DNA from: Solirubrobacteraceae bacterium
GTDB lineage: Bacteria; Actinomycetota; Thermoleophilia; Solirubrobacterales; Solirubrobacteraceae
DNA length: 64,000 bases
Assembly: GCA_035524055.1 (NCBI GenBank)
Contig: DATKPO010000052.1
Span: 2,040-66,039 of the forward strand
Direction of reading: 5' to 3'
Positions 59,236 through 64,000 of the stretch are shown here, piece by piece (the first letter of the stretch is position 1; every line of letters starts with the position of its first letter). The position numbers and the translations under genes were made by a program. The notes below the pieces were generated by a model. It worked only from the letters and a program-made list of their open reading frames with translations, was not told where the DNA came from and did no database searches.

Positions 59236-60848
59236 GATACCTCCCGCTCTTCTCGCACGCCATGGTGGCGACGGCCGCGCTCAAAGGCCCGCACATCGAC
59301 TTCGCGGGCCTCTCGCCCCTGATCGCCCTTCTCGGCGGGGCGGTCGTGGTGTTGTTGATCGGACTGCTCGGCCCGCGCCGGATCCGCGAGCACGTGGTGC
59401 CGGCGTGCGCGCTGATCGCGCTCGGCGCAACCGCCGGCCTGACGATCTGGCAGTGGGGCTCGCAGAAGTCGATCGTCTCCGGCGCGCTGGCGGTCGACTA
59501 CCTCTCGCTGGTGCTCAACCTGCTGCTCGTCGCCGGAGGTGCGGCGGCGGTGCTGCTGGCGTGGCGCTCACGGGCGGCGCACGAAGCGGCCCATGGCGAG
59601 TTCCACGCCCTGCTGCTGAGCTCGATCGGCGGGATGTCGCTGCTGGCGGCCGCCCAGAACACGGTGGCGCTGTTCCTCGGCCTGGAGCTCCTCTCGATCC
59701 CGCTGTACGTGCTGTGCGCGGTGGAAATGCGCCGCGAGCACTCGCTGGAGTCGGGCCTGAAGTACCTGATCATCGGCTCGGTCGGGTCGGCGACGCTGCT
59801 CTACGGCCTGGCGCTGATCTACGGCGCGACGGGCGCGACCGACTTCGGGGCGATCGCGAGCGCGATCTCGAGCAACGGCCTGAGCGCAAACGTGCTGCTG
59901 CTGACGGGGGTGGGTCTGTGCGTGGCGGGCCTGGCGTTCAAGTCCTCGGTGGCCCCCTTCCACCAGTGGACGCCCGACGTCTACGAGGGCGCGCCGACCC
60001 CGATCACGGCGTTCATGGCGGTCGCGACGAAGGTGGCGGCGCTGGGCGTGTTCCTGCGCTTCTTCGACGTCGCGCTGATCCAGGCTCAGTCGAGCTGGGG
60101 CCCGGCGGTGGCGACGCTGGCGGCGATCACGATCGTCGTGGGCAACGTCGGCGCGCTGGGCCAGTCCTCGCTGAAGCGGATGCTGGCGTACTCCTCCGTC
60201 GGCCAGGCCGGCTACATGCTCGCCGGCGTCGTCGTCTCGACCCAGCTGGGGGTGCGGGCGACGGTGTTCTACCTGGCGGTCTACCTGTTCATGAACATGG
60301 CGGCGTTCGCGGTGATCGTGGCGCGCGAGCGCGAAACGGACCTGGGCGACTCGATGCAGGCTGTCGCCGGCCTCGGCCGCACCCGCCCCTACCTGGCGTG
60401 GCCCCTGACGCTCTCGATGCTCGGCCTCGCCGGGATCCCGGCGACGGCGGGCTTCATGGGCAAGTTCTACCTCATCGACGCCTCCGTCTCCGGCGGCTAC
60501 ACCTGGCTGGGCGTGGTGATCGTGATCGGCTCGATGATCTCGCTCGGGTACTACCTGCCGGTGATCGCGGCGATGTGGATGCGCGAGGCGCCGGAGGAGG
60601 GCACGGCGGATGCGACGACATCCGCCTTCTCCGGCCCATCCCCGTCCGCTGGCGGCCCGCTGCCGGCGATCGCGGGCGGATCGCCCGAGCTCGCCCCCGC
60701 CCTCACTCCGGCGCGCACCTCGGGACGTCACCTCGAGGTCGCCTTCGTCGCGGTCCTCGCCGGCGCGGCGACGCTGTTCTTCGGGATCGTGCCGCAGCCG
60801 CTCTTCGATCTCGTGCGGCACGCCGGCGCGGGACTCGGGATTCTCTAA
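59232..60848 (+). CDS. nuoN: NADH-quinone oxidoreductase subunit N
   Basis: 'ESGLKY', 'PFHQWTPDVYEGAPTP', 'KRMLAYSS', 'GIPATAGFMGK'. Confidence 0.97.
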   Translation: MRYLPLFSHAMVATAALKGPHIDFAGLSPLIALLGGAVVVLLIGLLGPRRIREHVVPACALIALGATAGLTIWQWGSQKSIVSGALAVDYLSLVLNLLLVAGGAAAVLLAWRSRAAHEAAHGEFHALLLSSIGGMSLLAAAQNTVALFLGLELLSIPLYVLCAVEMRREHSLESGLKYLIIGSVGSATLLYGLALIYGATGATDFGAIASAISSNGLSANVLLLTGVGLCVAGLAFKSSVAPFHQWTPDVYEGAPTPITAFMAVATKVAALGVFLRFFDVALIQAQSSWGPAVATLAAITIVVGNVGALGQSSLKRMLAYSSVGQAGYMLAGVVVSTQLGVRATVFYLAVYLFMNMAAFAVIVARERETDLGDSMQAVAGLGRTRPYLAWPLTLSMLGLAGIPATAGFMGKFYLIDASVSGGYTWLGVVIVIGSMISLGYYLPVIAAMWMREAPEEGTADATTSAFSGPSPSAGGPLPAIAGGSPELAPALTPARTSGRHLEVAFVAVLAGAATLFFGIVPQPLFDLVRHAGAGLGIL

Positions 60849-60875
60849 AGCCCGGCACGGGACTCTTTATTTTTG

Positions 60876-60949
60876 CGATTTCGGATCGGCGCGATCACGC
60901 CGATTCGGCCGCCATCGGCGCGATCGCGCCGATCTCAAATCGTTTTTTT
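60876..60949 (+). terminator. Intrinsic terminator of the nuo operon, built from two 20-nt palindromes
   Basis: ATCGGCGCGATC(A/G)CGCCGAT at 60885 and 60914, enclosed by CGATTT / AAATCG and followed by T7. Confidence 0.75.
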
Positions 60950-60963
60950 GGATTGGCGGCGGG

Positions 60964-60999
60964 TTGACGCCGCCCAAAATTCGTGTTACCATTGGTAAT
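60964..60999 (+). promoter_or_regulatory. SigA promoter for a probably leaderless mRNA, with a palindromic operator candidate
   Basis: TTGACG, 17 nt, TACCAT (with TGn extension), 7 nt before ATG 61000; TTACCA-T-TGGTAA overlaps the -10. Confidence 0.7.
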
Positions 61000-62235
61000 A
61001 TGAATGCAGGAGGAGGAGCTGCGAGATCGCTGCGGGCCGCCGTCGTCGCGATCGCCCTGGCCGCCACCGGCGTGCTGTGCCCATCGGCCTGGGGGGCCAC
61101 CGAAGCGGGACTGAGGGCTTCGCTGTCGCCCTCCCGGCCTCGCGGCACGAGGACGCTCGCTCTCACGGTACACCTGAAGAACACCTCCGGCGAGCCGCCC
61201 GAGCCGCTGCGCCGGGCGATTCTGCGCCTGCCGGCCGGCCTGGGCCTGGAAATCCCGCGGTTGCGCAGCTGCCGCGCGATCGTTCTCGCCACCCGGGGCG
61301 TGAAGGGTTGCCCGTCGCGGTCGTCGATCGGCGGCGGCTCGGCGCTCGTCGAGGGCGTGCTGGGCACCCACGACGTCGTCGCGCCGGTGACCCTCCACGC
61401 CTTCCTGGGTCCGCTGCGCAACCTGACGCCGACGTTCGAGATCCTCAGCGAAGGCACGTATCCGATCAGCACGCAGCTGCTCTTCACGGCGAGCTCGGAA
61501 CCGGCGCCGGAGCCCTTCGGCGAAGAGCTCGTGATGTCGCTGCCGCCGATCTCCAGCGCCCCCGGCGAGCCCGACGTGTCGGTGCTCAGCCTGACGCTGA
61601 CGATCGGAGACCACAACGGCACGGGAGGCGCGGCGACGATCGCTCTGCCCGCTCACTGTCCCAGCGGCGGGCTGCCGTTCGCCGGGGAATTCGCGTTTGC
61701 CGACGGCTCGAGCGCAACCGCCGACACGACGTCGCCCTGCCCGCACAGCTCCGCGAGTCGCCTCCACCACGCACGGCGGGCCTCAGGCGAGGGCACGGGC
61801 AGGCACCAGGCACGGGTCGCGCGGACCGTGCTGGCGCAGGCGGCGGCTACAGCCCTGGCGCGAACGGCGAAGACGGTGACGCTCAACGAGCAGGGCCGCC
61901 TTCACCTGACGAGCAAACGCGGCTTCACGCTCAACGAGGAGGGCCCGGCGTCGGGCACGGTGAGCGGCACGCTCGCCGTCGAGCTGAAGATCGTCTCGAC
62001 GAGCCACGTTACGGCCCAGCTCAGCCTCTCCACCCACTCGGGCTCGATCACGGGCACGGCGAGCGCGAGCTACCACCGGGACTCGACCGACGCGACCTTC
62101 TCGGGGACGCTCTCGATCAGCCACGGCACGGGCAGCTACTCCGATGCGCACGGGTCGAATCTCAGCTTCAGCGGCACCATCCAGCGCAAAAGCGACGCGA
62201 TCGAAACCCACGTGGGCGGCAGAGTGTCCGAGTGA
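61000..62235 (+). CDS. Secreted two-domain protein (Cys module plus Thr/Ser/Gly-rich beta domain)
   Basis: Signal peptide; 'LRLPAGL..SC..GCPSRSSIG' module as in 6-3368; beta-rich C-terminal domain. Confidence 0.8.
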   Translation: MNAGGGAARSLRAAVVAIALAATGVLCPSAWGATEAGLRASLSPSRPRGTRTLALTVHLKNTSGEPPEPLRRAILRLPAGLGLEIPRLRSCRAIVLATRGVKGCPSRSSIGGGSALVEGVLGTHDVVAPVTLHAFLGPLRNLTPTFEILSEGTYPISTQLLFTASSEPAPEPFGEELVMSLPPISSAPGEPDVSVLSLTLTIGDHNGTGGAATIALPAHCPSGGLPFAGEFAFADGSSATADTTSPCPHSSASRLHHARRASGEGTGRHQARVARTVLAQAAATALARTAKTVTLNEQGRLHLTSKRGFTLNEEGPASGTVSGTLAVELKIVSTSHVTAQLSLSTHSGSITGTASASYHRDSTDATFSGTLSISHGTGSYSDAHGSNLSFSGTIQRKSDAIETHVGGRVSE

Positions 62236-62241
62236 GCGCGG

Positions 62242-62937
62242 ATGCTCGAGCTGCGTGACCTCGTCAAGCACTACCCCGCTGTCGGCGGTGAGCCGGTGCG
62301 CGCCGTGGACGGGGTCTCGCTGGAGGTGTCGCCAGGCGAGCTGGTGGCGCTCTACGGCCCGAGCGGCTCGGGCAAGACGACGCTGCTGCTGATGATCGCG
62401 ACGCTGCTCGCTCCGACGGCGGGCACGGTCTCGATCGGCGGCCGCGACGTCTCCTCCCTTTCCGAGCGCGAAGCCTCGCGCTTTCGCCTGGCCGAACTGG
62501 GCTTCATCCGCCAGAACTTCGACCTGATGCCGGGTGTCAGCGCGATCGACAACGCGATCCTCAAGCTGCTGGGAAGCATGCGCTGGCGGGAAGCCCAGCG
62601 CGAGATACGGCCGCTGCTGGAGCGCCTGGGCCTGGGGGCGCGGCTGTCGCATCGCGCCGAGACGCTCTCGATGGGCGAGCGCCAGCGGGTGATGATCGCC
62701 CGCGCGCTGTCCACCGAGCCGCGGCTGCTGCTCGCCGACGAGCCGACCGGCAGCCTCGACACGCAGCGGGGACGCGAAGTGCTCGAGCTGCTGCGCGAGC
62801 TGTGCCGCGAGCGGGGCGTGGCGGCGGTGCTGGTCAGCCATGACCCGATGGCCGCCCACTACGCGGACCGGGTGCTGGCGTTGCGCGACGGCCGACTTGG
62901 ACGCTACGAGGCGGTGGACACGGTGCTCGTGCCGTGA
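62242..62937 (+). CDS. ABC transporter ATP-binding protein (LolD/MacB type)
   Basis: GPSGSGKT, LSMGERQR, 'LLADEPTGSLD', 'VSHD'. Confidence 0.95.
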   Translation: MLELRDLVKHYPAVGGEPVRAVDGVSLEVSPGELVALYGPSGSGKTTLLLMIATLLAPTAGTVSIGGRDVSSLSEREASRFRLAELGFIRQNFDLMPGVSAIDNAILKLLGSMRWREAQREIRPLLERLGLGARLSHRAETLSMGERQRVMIARALSTEPRLLLADEPTGSLDTQRGREVLELLRELCRERGVAAVLVSHDPMAAHYADRVLALRDGRLGRYEAVDTVLVP

Positions 62938-64000
62938 GCGCGTACAACGCGCTGCGCCTCTACCGGGTGCGCCTGCGGGCGCGCATCGCCCAGGAGTGCC
63001 TGGCGGTGCTCGGGATCGCGGCGGGCGTGGCGCTGCTGTTCGCGGCGGAGGTCTCCAGCTCGAGCCTGCAGAGCTCGGCCGGCCAGCTCGGACGCGGAAT
63101 CGAGGGTGCGGCGACGCTGCAGCTGCTGGCCCGCGGCCCCCAGGGCTTCCCCGAAGGGATGCTGGCGCGGGTGCGGGCGATACCGGGAGTGCGCATCGCC
63201 TCGCCACTGCTGGAAACCGGTGCCAACGCCATCGGGCCGCGCGGCAGCGCCTCGGTGCAGCTGGTGGGCGCGGACCCCAGCCTCGGCCGGCTCGGGGGGA
63301 CGCTGGTGCGCCACATCTCGCTGGAACCCTTCGAAGGCGTCGGCGCGGTCGTGCTGCCGGCCCCGCTGGCCCGCGGGCTCGGGGTCACTCACTTCGGCCA
63401 GGAAGTCACGCTGCAGATCTCGGGCCACACGGTCACGGCGCCGCTCTTCCGCCAGCTGCGCGAACGCCAGATCGGCTCGTTGGTGGACATCCCGGTGGTG
63501 CTCGCGCCGCTGGAATACGCACAGGAAATGAGCGGTCTCGGCGGACGCGTGACGCGCATCCTGGTCGAGCCTCGCCCTGGCGCCGCGGCGCGGGTGCGCG
63601 CCGCCATGAGGTCGCTCGCGGGGGGCCGCCTGGACGTGGAGCCCGTCAGCTACGACGAGACCCTGTTCTCGCAGGCGGCCCAGGCCAGCAACCAGTCGAC
63701 GGCGCTGTTCGCCGTGATCAGCGCGCTCGTGGGGTTCCTGTTCGCGTTCAACGCGACCCTGCTCACGGTGCCCCAGCGGCGCCGGCTGATCCTCGACCTG
63801 CGCCGCGACGGATACGCCCCGCGCACGGTTATCGCGGTGCTGCTGCTCGACGCGATCGCGCTGGGGGCGGTCGCCAGCGTGCTCGGGCTCGGCCTCGGGG
63901 AGGAGCTCTCGATCCACTTCCTGCACGCCGAACCGGCCTTCCTCTCGCTGGCCTTCGCGGTCGGCTCGGAGCGCGTCGTCGGCTGGGAGAGCATCGCGAT
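62934..64000 (+). CDS. FtsX/MacB-type ABC permease (partial, runs off the window)
   Basis: Hand translation MSAYNALRLYRVRLRARIAQECLAVLGIAAGVALLFA..., then an extracytoplasmic domain and further TM helices; GTGA overlap with the ATPase gene. Confidence 0.85.
   Translation, partial: MSAYNALRLYRVRLRARIAQECLAVLGIAAGVALLFAAEVSSSSLQSSAGQLGRGIEGAATLQLLARGPQGFPEGMLARVRAIPGVRIASPLLETGANAIGPRGSASVQLVGADPSLGRLGGTLVRHISLEPFEGVGAVVLPAPLARGLGVTHFGQEVTLQISGHTVTAPLFRQLRERQIGSLVDIPVVLAPLEYAQEMSGLGGRVTRILVEPRPGAAARVRAAMRSLAGGRLDVEPVSYDETLFSQAAQASNQSTALFAVISALVGFLFAFNATLLTVPQRRRLILDLRRDGYAPRTVIAVLLLDAIALGAVASVLGLGLGEELSIHFLHAEPAFLSLAFAVGSERVVGWESIA

Overview
High-GC actinobacterial chromosome segment. Gene content and protein style suggest Thermoleophilia/Solirubrobacterales, but this is an inference. 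From left to right it contains: (1) an operon of a two-HTH TetR-like regulator and two very large secreted proteins of unknown function, behind a strong promoter and a long structured leader with an (AG)11 microsatellite; (2) lipid/acyl-CoA genes, glpK and a pptH-pptT-like pair; (3) biotin genes bioB-bioF-bioD, with a convergent rubredoxin-bioA; (4) NUDIX, GH15, MBL-fold, GGDEF, carbonic anhydrase and a secreted GH-A-like protein; (5) a rearranged kdp locus (split KdpD, order kdpF-A-C-B, an extra micro-peptide and a membrane-anchored USP); (6) a secreted S53 protease next to a second two-HTH regulator; (7) serS and a divergent cytochrome c / degenerate cupredoxin lipoprotein pair; (8) a complete nuoA-N operon; (9) a secreted protein followed by a MacB/FtsX-type ABC transporter that runs off the window end. 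No rRNA, tRNA, transposase, integrase or cas genes were recognised. The most notable signals are the regulator plus Cys-module surface-protein system, and mini-ORFs that exactly bridge the only three non-overlapping junctions of the nuo operon. All calls come from reading motifs by eye; no database search was run.
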